This document shows, piece after piece, positions 45,472-53,005 of a DNA stretch of 62,894 nucleotides. A program made the position numbers and the translations under genes. How positions within the stretch are numbered: position 1 is the stretch's first letter; each line of letters opens with the position of its first letter. The stretch spans positions 1-62,894 of the forward strand of contig JBJOLU010000227.1 in NCBI GenBank assembly GCA_046052705.1, given 5' to 3'. The DNA comes from Bacteroidota bacterium. Its GTDB lineage: Bacteria; Bacteroidota; Ignavibacteria; Kapaibacteriales; NICIL-2. The notes under the pieces are model-generated. The model had not been told where the DNA came from, did no database searches, and saw only the letters and a list, made by a program, of their open reading frames with translations.

Positions 45472-45795
45472 TTAATTGTTCTCCTGATCCGTTTTTCGAC
45501 CTATCGAAATACTCCCTGCGTAGCGGCTGGTGTTGTCATAGACGCAGCCCCCGACGTGAATTTCGTAATCAATGTCCATTGAGGTGTCGTGCATAACATC
45601 ATGCTCAGCCCAATAGCGGTAATATCCTTTGACCGTGCCAAGAAGCTCCCCGGTTTCTAAATTGTATAAATCTTCACCGATGGCGAATTTTGCGTACTTT
45701 GGCATGCGCTCGTCGAGCCACGCAGTTCTCGCTTCAATTGCACTTTCTACCGCTTCGTTTAACAACTCTAATTGCTGCTCATCTTCGTCAGTCAT
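45472..45795 (-). CDS. Hypothetical protein (107 aa)
   Basis: ORF, tightly packed. Confidence 0.55.
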   Translation of the reverse strand: MTDEDEQQLELLNEAVESAIEARTAWLDERMPKYAKFAIGEDLYNLETGELLGTVKGYYRYWAEHDVMHDTSMDIDYEIHVGGCVYDNTSRYAGSISIGRKTDQENN

Positions 45796-46082
45796 TGTTT
45801 ACCCCTTGCTCTAATCGCATTTCTGCACAATTCCGCGCCGTGGGCTATACCATGGTTCCAATCGTCGTACTGATCGTCCGCGTTTTGGAATTTGTTTTGC
45901 ATTTTTATTTCATGACAGATAAGTTCACACGCCTGGCGTTCGGTGGCGGCACCAGCGGCGTAAGCTAATGAGGCAAAGCGCAAGAAGTCCTTCTCTTGCA
46001 TGGCAATTTTCATTAGAGGTTTGGAATAAATGCCATTCCACCCCGCCTCGCGCGCCCAGCGGATGATGTCTTCGCGGGTCAT
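45792..46082 (-). CDS. Paralogue family member (MTREDIIRWAREAG...IRARGKQ)
   Basis: 96-aa ORF. Confidence 0.6.
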   Translation of the reverse strand: MTREDIIRWAREAGWNGIYSKPLMKIAMQEKDFLRFASLAYAAGAATERQACELICHEIKMQNKFQNADDQYDDWNHGIAHGAELCRNAIRARGKQ

Positions 46083-46306
46083 TTCTTATCCTCCCAATCA
46101 CAGCTTATGGCTCTGTTGGCGTAGCCACTAACAAGCACCACAAGACAACGAGTTCCGTCAGGCATTTTTATTGGCGCGACATAGGTAGTCAAACTAACGT
46201 CACTTTCCAGCTTTATCCAATCATCGGGAGGGATTCGTGGAGGGCGAGATTCGCCGCAACCTGCCAACGCTGCGACACATAGCATCAAAAATATCTTGTT
46301 AGTCAT
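46079..46306 (-). CDS. Lipoprotein (75 aa; start trimmed)
   Basis: MTNKIFLMLCVAALAGCGES: signal peptide + lipobox LAGC; ATGA overlap with upstream stop. Confidence 0.65.
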   Translation of the reverse strand: MTNKIFLMLCVAALAGCGESRPPRIPPDDWIKLESDVSLTTYVAPIKMPDGTRCLVVLVSGYANRAISCDWEDKK

Positions 46307-46530
46307 CTCAACCTCTTCCCGCCGATCCCGGCCACGTAAGTATCCTCGCCGCACTTGTAAAACTGCATCAATCCCGCTGGCCCAACACCCCATGTGCCGT
46401 CGGACTGGAGATACTTAGATGGCCCGCTCTGCTCAATCACATGCTCACCCCCGCACGTTGGGCAGGTGATGGTGTCGCCAAGTGCGCCGCCTAGCTCGTC
46501 GTTACCGATAGCAATAAATGGCTCAGACAT
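46303..46530 (-). CDS. Small Cys-containing protein (75 aa)
   Basis: CPTCGG ... KCGED. Confidence 0.5.
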   Translation of the reverse strand: MSEPFIAIGNDELGGALGDTITCPTCGGEHVIEQSGPSKYLQSDGTWGVGPAGLMQFYKCGEDTYVAGIGGKRLR

Positions 46531-46850
46531 TGTTATTTTCTTTCTGAGTTTTAATAGATTGAATTGTCGTGTGAGATATATAACTTAATCAATGTTTTAT
46601 CATTTACTTGAATATTATCCACCCGACGACCGATCCAATGATCCAACCAATCAATCCGCCGGTTATTGCTATGAGAAAGTTGTAATACTCACACATCGTT
46701 TTTTCCCTTCAGCCCGATCTGCTTCAATCTCTGTTGTTTCCGACGCGCTCTCTGTGCCAGCTTCGTCATAAGCTTTTCCGTCTGGCGTCTGGCTACTTGC
46801 TTACGGCGTAGCCCGCTTCGACTGTGCCGGTTACGCCCTGCGCTCACGTG

Positions 46851-47024
46851 TTATTCCCCCTTTAGCCGCTCATATTCCGGCACCAGTGCGATTGCTTCCT
46901 CTGGTTTGGTCATGATCCACACGATCAGCTTGTTAAGCTCAAGCGGCAAAGTTCCGTAATCAATCTCAATGCTGCTTTTGCCGGGGATGCTGGCTTTGTA
47001 TTTAGCTTTTACGGTTTCGGTCAT
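46851..47024 (-). CDS. Small protein (57 aa; start trimmed to MTETVKAKYK)
   Basis: ATGA overlap with upstream stop. Confidence 0.5.
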   Translation of the reverse strand: MTETVKAKYKASIPGKSSIEIDYGTLPLELNKLIVWIMTKPEEAIALVPEYERLKGE

Positions 47025-47509
47025 GTGTTCTTTTCCTTTAGCTTGGATTCGATAGCGCGAGTTTGTGCTTGATAGTCGGCGTTGTACGAGTCCTGAACTT
47101 CTTCTAGCGTCAGCCCAACCCACTCGCGGCGAGATGGGCGGGTGTAATACGGAATCTCTTCCAGCCCCATATCGCGTGCTTCTTCCGGATAAATGGCTGG
47201 CTCCTGCTCCATCTCCTGCTGCACATCTGTAAGCCGCTGCATGGCAAGTTCAGACCTGAGCCGATGAATCTCGGCCATGTGCTCTCGCAAACTTTCGCGC
47301 AGGGCTTCTACTTCAGACCAGTCTTGCTGCGCATCCGTAAGCCCAACCCACTCGCGGCTCGGACGCAGCGGCAGGAGCAGCTTTGATAGATTAACCGAAA
47401 AGTCGTCGCATCCCGGCTGCCATCTCTGTGCTTGCGCTTCAATGTTGTCCCAGTAATAGGTTGTAGTGCCATCTGCGTTGATGCGACAAATTTCAGTGTT
47501 TTCCGTCAC
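47021..47509 (-). CDS. REWVGLT-repeat protein (162 aa)
   Basis: Two REWVGLT(D/L) units, ends AIESKLKEKNT; shares TDVQQEMEQEP block (28-nt exact repeat 47199..47226 = 47744..47771) with next ORF. Confidence 0.6.
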   Translation of the reverse strand: MTENTEICRINADGTTTYYWDNIEAQAQRWQPGCDDFSVNLSKLLLPLRPSREWVGLTDAQQDWSEVEALRESLREHMAEIHRLRSELAMQRLTDVQQEMEQEPAIYPEEARDMGLEEIPYYTRPSRREWVGLTLEEVQDSYNADYQAQTRAIESKLKEKNT

Positions 47510-47892
47510 GAGTTCTTTTCCTTCAGATTGGCTTCAATGGCGCGGGCAAAGTCTTCAAACTGCACATTAAGTGTTCCTCTAAACTCGCGCTTAATCCACA
47601 AAATATCGTTATCCGTCAGCTCAACCCATTCGCGGTGGGGTGGGTCAATTTCTTTCGCCCATGCTCCGCAGTGAATGCATCGAGACTGCCCCGGTTCCAT
47701 GCCGCCCGTTCTGAACCATTCGTGCTTGTGCTGCAACGCCACCGGCTCCTGCTCCATCTCCTGCTGCACATTCGTAAGCTGCTCGGCCTCGGCTATGGCG
47801 GCGCGAAGGGCGGTGATTTCATCCTTTACGTCGTATTCACCGTCAAAGTACTCCAACGCCTCAAGCGCCATCTTCATGGCTTCGATGCTCAT
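47506..47892 (-). CDS. REWVELT-motif protein (128 aa), paralogous to previous
   Basis: TNVQQEMEQEP, REWVELTDNDI, ends AIEANLKEKNS. Confidence 0.6.
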   Translation of the reverse strand: MSIEAMKMALEALEYFDGEYDVKDEITALRAAIAEAEQLTNVQQEMEQEPVALQHKHEWFRTGGMEPGQSRCIHCGAWAKEIDPPHREWVELTDNDILWIKREFRGTLNVQFEDFARAIEANLKEKNS

Positions 47893-48242
47893 TTCTTGTC
47901 CTTCAAGGCGTATGAGATGCAGGTATATGCGGCGAGGAAGTCATACGCCCTAAGCCCTTCGACTGACCACTCATCCGTGCGCTCGGTGCGATCCATTTTC
48001 GTATGAATGGTGCCGTAGGGCTTGCTGCAATCGCTTATATGCACTTTCCAGCGCCATGACTGGCTCGGCGTCGATACACTCCACTGCGCGACCAGCAGTT
48101 TGTTTTCCATCCGCATGGAACTGGGCATCAGGGTGAAGGTCGCATCCTCAACGGTGAAGGTGTGGAATTGATCCGCCTGTGCCCAGCCAGACGTGGGGAT
48201 GAACAGCAGTGCCAGCAGGCAGTGTCTAATCGTAAGACTCAT
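47889..48242 (-). CDS. Secreted protein (signal peptide)
   Basis: MSLTIRHCLLALLFIPTSGWA|QAD. Confidence 0.6.
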   Translation of the reverse strand: MSLTIRHCLLALLFIPTSGWAQADQFHTFTVEDATFTLMPSSMRMENKLLVAQWSVSTPSQSWRWKVHISDCSKPYGTIHTKMDRTERTDEWSVEGLRAYDFLAAYTCISYALKDKK

Positions 48243-48409
48243 CTGAGCCTCGCTTGTTCTTCCTCAAAAACCGCTTTCCACTTTTTGTATCTTTCTTGGC
48301 ACTTCTCACAGTCGCACTCCCAGAGCAATTCATCGGGGTTACGAATTCCCCCTTCGAATTTCACCGGCATCAGCCCAAACCCAAACATGTTGTCTTCATT
48401 CATTCCCAT
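48239..48409 (-). CDS. Small protein (56 aa), not in ORF track
   Basis: AAGGAGAGA SD; MGMNEDNMFGFGLMPVKFEGG...; ATGA overlap with next gene. Confidence 0.5.
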   Translation of the reverse strand: MGMNEDNMFGFGLMPVKFEGGIRNPDELLWECDCEKCQERYKKWKAVFEEEQARLR

Positions 48410-48530
48410 CTCTCCTTATTGCCTCTGCGATAGTGTTGGCATCAAGCCCTTGGCACATGTCGGCTACCCATGAGGCGATGATCTCGCGCTGATCGTCCAA
48501 GGCAAGATTGATTGTTGTATTCATCCCAAT

Positions 48531-48722
48531 TCATTTATCAATCTCCAAACCGTTTTTGCAAACGTCCAGTATCCGATTGCGCTCGGCCTCAGCTCCAGCG
48601 GCGAATACCATGTCGGCAAACTTAAACATCTCGTGCGGGTTGCACACTACTACTCCAAGTGGGTGTCGCAGGAAACCAGCTTCTTTTGCCATTCGCACTA
48701 TTTCATTTTCATTCGGTTTCAT
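48531..48722 (-). CDS. Paralogue family member, short (IVRMAKEAG...FADMVFAAGAEAERNRI)
   Basis: 63-aa ORF. Confidence 0.55.
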   Translation of the reverse strand: MKPNENEIVRMAKEAGFLRHPLGVVVCNPHEMFKFADMVFAAGAEAERNRILDVCKNGLEIDK

Positions 48723-48972
48723 CGTTCGACCCCTTCACTTCTTTATAAAAATCTCCAAACCTAATCCGCTCATCAATCAAGGTGTCCACATCTTCTCCTT
48801 CCTTGCCTTGCAGTAGATACAATAAATTTGCTTCGAAATTAGCCATCAAGTACGCATACCGTCGAGCCATTACCAACGTATCCATTTGGTAGCCCAGCCA
48901 CTTTTCCTGTTTCTTAAGCACTTTCTTGCGAAGCTTCTTTTCGTGAAATGAGTCCTTAGGCGTTTTCATCAT
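48709..48972 (-). CDS. Hypothetical protein (87 aa)
   Basis: ORF. Confidence 0.5.
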   Translation of the reverse strand: MMKTPKDSFHEKKLRKKVLKKQEKWLGYQMDTLVMARRYAYLMANFEANLLYLLQGKEGEDVDTLIDERIRFGDFYKEVKGSNDETE

Positions 48973-49315
48973 TCACTCCTTCCAGCACAATAGAAAAGCC
49001 GCCGTAGTATCCGTTGTGCTCATTATGGGTAGCAATTGTGAAACAGCCTTTGCTGGTCTTTATTTCGAGGAATTGCACTTCGTGCGTATTGCCGTCTACA
49101 TCTTCGGTATAGGGCGCTTGCTTGATCTCAAGCCCTAGAAAGTCAGCCCCGGCAAAATCCTGCAAGTTATCGTCAGTGGTCATGTACCTGTGCTCACAGC
49201 AGCTCTGTCCGTCGTCGCTAATCTTTAATGCACCTCGCCATTTAAAATCAATATAAAGCGCGTCGTCCTCGCCCAACCGCACTGATTCGATAGTTTCGCC
49301 AAAACCTTTAATCAT
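48956..49315 (-). CDS. Conserved hypothetical phage protein (119 aa)
   Basis: QSCCEHRYM ... NEHNGYYGGF motif recurrent in phages. Confidence 0.55.
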   Translation of the reverse strand: MIKGFGETIESVRLGEDDALYIDFKWRGALKISDDGQSCCEHRYMTTDDNLQDFAGADFLGLEIKQAPYTEDVDGNTHEVQFLEIKTSKGCFTIATHNEHNGYYGGFSIVLEGVNDENA

Positions 49316-49482
49316 TTCTCAATCTCCACTTCTGTCCATGCTGCTAGGTGAACTACGTTGCCGGCATCGTCGGTGCAATAGCTGTACATGCCATCGATGT
49401 GGCTAAAGTTCAGTTTTTCTACGGTGCCATCGTCTAGCTTGACGGCGATGCGTGTATCTCTCGGGACGTCGTATAGTTTCAT
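49312..49482 (-). CDS. Small conserved protein (56 aa), not in ORF track
   Basis: MKLYDVPRDTRIAVKLDDGTVEKLNFSHIDGMYSYCTDDAGNVVHLAAWTEVEIEK; ATGA overlaps at both ends. Confidence 0.6.
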   Translation of the reverse strand: MKLYDVPRDTRIAVKLDDGTVEKLNFSHIDGMYSYCTDDAGNVVHLAAWTEVEIEK

Positions 49483-50030
49483 TTTGCTTTTAGATATTTG
49501 TTAGCCATCTTTAGATAAAGTTTTGCGTCAACTTCGAGCCCAGCACGCTCGTATTTCTTGGCAAGCTTAAGCATGTGTTGTGCTGCTTTATGCTTCGCCA
49601 TCTCATGCTGATGATTAACTTGGGGTGGCTTGTGGTATTTCTGATACAAAAGACATGCGACAACATACGTCACCGCAAGCCCGGTGAATATAAATGACGC
49701 GGGCCCCATTGGTACAAACAAAGCCGCCGACACTAGGAATCCCGCGCAAAAAGCGGATACCATTTTATCGCCATCAATCATTAGTGCTTTTTGCCACCAC
49801 TTGTACTTCGGAGCAGTGAGTTTTATTTGTGGCGATACTCGTTCTATGGGCCGCACCTCGGCTGCTCTGATCTTTGCCTCGATGCGGCGTACTTCATGAG
49901 TGTTGAGCAACGGCTTTGTATCCCATTCGTGCTCGTTATATACCCGGACTTCTGGTCTTCCGAAATTAACCCTGGTCGGACTATTTCTGATGATGCCAAC
50001 CGGATATGTCTTGCTGACGCCGTTGCCCAT
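49479..50030 (-). CDS. Membrane protein (2 TM)
   Basis: 183 aa; FCAGFLVSAALFVPMGPASFIFTGLAVTYVVACLL. Confidence 0.55.
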   Translation of the reverse strand: MGNGVSKTYPVGIIRNSPTRVNFGRPEVRVYNEHEWDTKPLLNTHEVRRIEAKIRAAEVRPIERVSPQIKLTAPKYKWWQKALMIDGDKMVSAFCAGFLVSAALFVPMGPASFIFTGLAVTYVVACLLYQKYHKPPQVNHQHEMAKHKAAQHMLKLAKKYERAGLEVDAKLYLKMANKYLKAK

Positions 50031-50040
50031 AACTTTTTCC

Positions 50041-50466
50041 TTAGACCTTACAAGCTACGCCCAAGATAGCACCGCCGACGACGAACGCGCCCACCGCGAT
50101 TGCCAATCCGATCGGTCCGATAGCAATCACCGATAACGCCGCTGCAAGCGCCCCAGGCACCGCGATGAGCATTCCTAAGCCCATCAATGTAGCCCGTGCG
50201 ATCTTTCTCAACTTAGACTCTGTAGGCTGTGTGGTCTCGGGCTCTACAGGCTGTTGTGACGGCCGCTCTATGGGAGCCGTACCTCTTTGTGCGTTTACCC
50301 TGGACATCCTTAGCACCATGCGGATCGCATCGTTCGTAGGTGCCAGACTGTCTGAGTTTGTCCAGACTGTTGAAACAGATCGTTCCGGTTTAGCCGGGGC
50401 CTCTGGGATGTTGACTGACCATTCACTAGCCGCAGGTGCAACCGACAACGATGAGACTGATTTCAC
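50041..50466 (-). CDS. Membrane-anchored protein (C-terminal 2 TM)
   Basis: 141 aa; LMGLGMLIAVPGALAAALSVIAIGPIGLAIAVGAFVVGGAILGV. Confidence 0.55.
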   Translation of the reverse strand: MKSVSSLSVAPAASEWSVNIPEAPAKPERSVSTVWTNSDSLAPTNDAIRMVLRMSRVNAQRGTAPIERPSQQPVEPETTQPTESKLRKIARATLMGLGMLIAVPGALAAALSVIAIGPIGLAIAVGAFVVGGAILGVACKV

Positions 50467-50720
50467 TTTAGTTTCTCCTTAAGGTTTATTAAGCGCCGCA
50501 TGAATGCTGCCTCTCCGATGCGGCTCGGAGGATGGATGCGCAATAACTCAAGTACCGAATCAATTGCGTCATTCCAAATCTTCTTTTGCTCTTCAGTCAT
50601 CGAATCACCATTACGTAGAACAAACCAATACCGCATGTCAGAGCGATACCAAACAACACGCCTATCGCTACACCCGTTTTCATTCCCTCTTCGAAACCTT
50701 GTTCGAACAGCTCGTACCAA
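50463..50720 (-). CDS. Small hypothetical protein; start uncertain (50636 or 50600 more likely)
   Basis: Track ORF; N-terminal 28 codons Arg-rich and unsupported. Confidence 0.4.
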   Translation of the reverse strand: MVRAVRTRFRRGNENGCSDRRVVWYRSDMRYWFVLRNGDSMTEEQKKIWNDAIDSVLELLRIHPPSRIGEAAFMRRLINLKEKLK

Positions 50721-50735
50721 CCCATTGTGTTTTAC

Positions 50736-50936
50736 CTATTGTTTGTTGTTATTCCCCTCACGCACTTCCTCAACAATTCGTCCGGCATTTATCAACTTCA
50801 TCGTTGCCGATCTTGCTTCATCAACTGTTCCATAACTTGTATTCGTGGCAGGAATCCAGAACGGCCACCACCAATACTTAACATCGATACTGAAACTGCC
50901 TATCTCTGTGCTTTTGATCCGATACCTATTCTTCAC
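50736..50936 (-). CDS. Small hypothetical protein (66 aa)
   Basis: ORF. Confidence 0.45.
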   Translation of the reverse strand: MKNRYRIKSTEIGSFSIDVKYWWWPFWIPATNTSYGTVDEARSATMKLINAGRIVEEVREGNNNKQ

Positions 50937-50944
50937 CTATCACC

Positions 50945-51241
50945 TCAAATCAACCCCGCCATGCGTTGTTGTACCGCGTGCTCTGCCTCCGCAACTGCGG
51001 CCGTACCCTGTTCCTTCTCCATGATCCTCTTGAAGTGCTGCCACTTCGATGCCTCCCATTGAAGATGAGCCATCATGGGCTGCTGGCTCAAGATGATCGC
51101 GTGCTGATGATCCACGATATCCTGCAGCCGACGAACTTCATCCTGTAGCTTGTCACATTTCTGCCGCAACTCTCCGTATGTAAAGTTACGCTCTGGCTTC
51201 GACAGAACAGGGATGTTAGGTACTGACGGGATGCGGTTCAT
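50945..51241 (-). CDS. First gene of leftward early cluster, coiled-coil (98 aa)
   Basis: GGAGAG SD; ORF. Confidence 0.55.
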   Translation of the reverse strand: MNRIPSVPNIPVLSKPERNFTYGELRQKCDKLQDEVRRLQDIVDHQHAIILSQQPMMAHLQWEASKWQHFKRIMEKEQGTAAVAEAEHAVQQRMAGLI

Positions 51242-51345
51242 ACAGACTCTCCAAGTTCATGCCCCGTGGCATGTGTTGTAATGAGTAGCATGCTAACAGG
51301 TAGGAACACAGTAACAATAGTGCACTGTGGCACTCAGTACTTCCC

Positions 51346-51475
51346 CCAACACGGCTGGCGACTGGCTATCTGGCTCACCGCATCCGAAGAATACCTCTAG
51401 CGCCAGGACTTCGGACTATTGATGGGCTTACCAAGATTTCGCGCTATCTTAGAGTCCAATCGCCATGCGTGTTGG
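51346..51475 (-). ncRNA. Structured RNA candidate, copy U1 (130 nt, Y-shaped, 5 helices); family not recognised
   Basis: CCAACACG...CGTGTTGG closing stem; helices covary with copy U2; wobble pairs are G.U only on minus strand. Confidence 0.6.
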
Positions 51476-51476
51476 T

Positions 51477-51588
51477 TGTTGATGACGGGATTCAAACCCG
51501 CAACCGTCCCCTGCCGAGGCCGCTCTATCTTTCGTCTGCCGACTAGCTGGTTTCAATATATGCCAGCTTTCAGTTGAGCTACACCAAC
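51477..51588 (-). ncRNA. tRNA-like element / degenerate tRNA (112 nt)
   Basis: Acceptor GTTGGTG/CATCAAC (one G.U), U8, T-arm GCGGG-TTTGAAT-CCCGT. Between them there are ~45 extra nt, a 6-bp stem AGCTGG/CCAGCT with a 12-nt loop, and no canonical anticodon loop. The T-loop has U where C56 is expected. Confidence 0.45.
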
Positions 51589-51706
51589 ACGGCTGAGTAC
51601 TGGCTATCTGGTCAGTTTCATTCGAAGTTTCCTAGGACTGTCGGAATTATTAACTGGCTTACCAAGGGTTCGCGCCCCCTCGGACTCCAATACTCATGCG
51701 TGTTGG
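51584..51706 (-). ncRNA. Structured RNA candidate, copy U2 (123 nt), paralogue of U1
   Basis: Same architecture as U1 with compensatory substitutions; its 3' strand overlaps the tRNA-like acceptor stem by 5 nt. Confidence 0.6.
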
Positions 51707-51943
51707 ATGTTGGCGAAATAGGACTTTCTTAACGCGCCATGACAGCGCCCCGCCCCGTAACGCCAACAAGGAAGCAAGCCAGAAGCCACGAATTCTATCC
51801 CCTGTAGTTGAGGATACTCCTGACTTGCTTTCCTGTTAGCCCCCGTCTCTCCGGGGTGTCCGTTGTCATCTGTGGATCACACGCCTCGCCATGGTTCGAG
51901 TCCGACAACATGACATATTGTAGTACGTTAACCCACAAGTCTA

Positions 51944-52366
51944 CTACCCGTTGATGATCGACCTGATATGACTTAACTGCTCAGGACTGACTTCAACTCT
52001 AGCCCGTAGAACGTGTTCGCATTCCTCCCACGGCGGACACGAACAACCCGTGTCAGGTAAAGAGAAGTCCGTTCGTGAAGTCATCGGGCCAACAATCAGA
52101 CTCGCGTTCTTCTGTGCCAGTCTGTTCATGGCGTTCTCATAAGCCTTCTTAGACTTCACTTGCTTACTTCGTTTAGCCGTCTTGGTCTGTGCTGTAGGCT
52201 GAGTGTTCTTAACAGGCCGCTTAAGATGAGCAGGCATCCACTTCATGAACGGCCACAACTCCACAGCGTCGATCACATACCAAGTCTTTTTGATTGCATC
52301 CCATCTAGCGCCTAATCTTTTGGCACTCTCTTTTTCAGCATACGGTACGTTTAAGTCGACTCGCAT
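51944..52366 (-). CDS. DUF5710-like domain protein (140 aa; start trimmed to MRVDLNVPY)
   Basis: LNVPYAEKESAKRLGARWDAIKKTWYV matches the L-x-VP-x-x-EK-x-x-AK-x-LGARWD-x3-K-x-WY motif from memory; basic linker; C-terminal CSCPPWEECEH. Confidence 0.55.
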   Translation of the reverse strand: MRVDLNVPYAEKESAKRLGARWDAIKKTWYVIDAVELWPFMKWMPAHLKRPVKNTQPTAQTKTAKRSKQVKSKKAYENAMNRLAQKNASLIVGPMTSRTDFSLPDTGCSCPPWEECEHVLRARVEVSPEQLSHIRSIING

Positions 52367-52800
52367 ATTCAGTCTCGTCAGGATCACGTGGCATGCGGGA
52401 TAGGAAACGCATAGGAACTCTGGGCAAAACCTTCCCAAGGGCAGCCTACGAAGGCAACCCTCGGGATGTATCCAATGGCTCATGCTAGATTAGGTATCCG
52501 CTGAGTCACCCCATCGCTCAACCCCGGCCTAACCCGTGTTGAGTCGCAGTCTTTTGCCTATCAGGAGGCTCACACCGAGCACTGCGCCACTCGATACTTT
52601 GAGTGCATCCCGCTCTTGCTGGTCTGGTGCGATTGTTCCAGCTTTAAGCTACTGCCCACCGTTTCCATACGTCCGTCCTAAGGTACTACCCTTTCGCCGC
52701 CGCCATGACGCTTTACGGTTACTCAGTTCCTACCCGAGGTATCGGGACTTAAGTGACTCTTAAACAGAAGCCGAGTTGAAGCGAGCCAGAAAAGCAAAAA

Positions 52801-52932
52801 CCCCAGAGTGCTTAAGTGGGGCATGGCCCTGGCATGGGCAACCAACAATGCGATAGGAACAACGCACCACTGATTACACATGCCCCACTTGAACATTCTG
52901 GGGTAAGTTATTGTTCCTATAGACATTGTTGG
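52801..52932 (+). repeat. Two interleaved long inverted repeats (A/A' ~25 bp, B/B' ~21 bp): pseudoknot or mutually exclusive hairpins
   Basis: A 52801-52825 CCCCAGAGTGCTTAAGTGGGGCATG vs A' 52879-52903 CATGCCCCACTTGAACATTCTGGGG; B 52842-52862 CCAACAATGCGATAGGAACAA vs B' 52911-52932 TTGTTCCTATAGACATTGTTGG; order is A-B-A'-B'. Confidence 0.6.
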
Positions 52933-52972
52933 GATGCCGCCCAACAGGAGAAATCTTGCCTAACCTCACGTA

Positions 52973-53002
52973 TTACGTCAAGAGGGTGACGTAACTTTTT
53001 TT
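52973..53002 (+). terminator. Terminator-like hairpin + T7 on the plus strand
   Basis: TTACGTCA-agaggg-TGACGTAA-C-TTTTTTT; no plus-strand CDS upstream. Confidence 0.45.
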
Positions 53003-53005
53003 ACT

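Noticed and set aside
46531-46850. Gap with an AT-rich segment and possible tiny ORFs (27-aa hydrophobic peptide 46617-46700; ~50-aa Arg-rich ORF 46695-46850)
   Set aside because: They are too short and lack convincing SD sequences. I could not find a convincing promoter either. Left unannotated, but worth checking with Ribo-seq.
51477-51588. The tRNA-like element as an ochre suppressor tRNA explaining the in-frame TAA at 44815
   Set aside because: No 7-nt anticodon loop can be drawn and no UUA triplet sits in a plausible anticodon position. The T-loop is also non-canonical.
51893-51903. Plus-strand GGTTCGAGTCC, a perfect tRNA T-loop-like 11-mer (tRNA fragment or attP core?)
   Set aside because: Flanking bases do not form a T-stem (only 3 of 5 pairs) or an acceptor strand. 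The orientation is opposite to the real tRNA, and no integrase is present.
52374-52381. CUGACGAG on the minus strand, matching the hammerhead CUGANGA core
   Set aside because: A 4-bp stem II can be drawn, but the obligatory GAAA and a cleavage-site helix do not follow.
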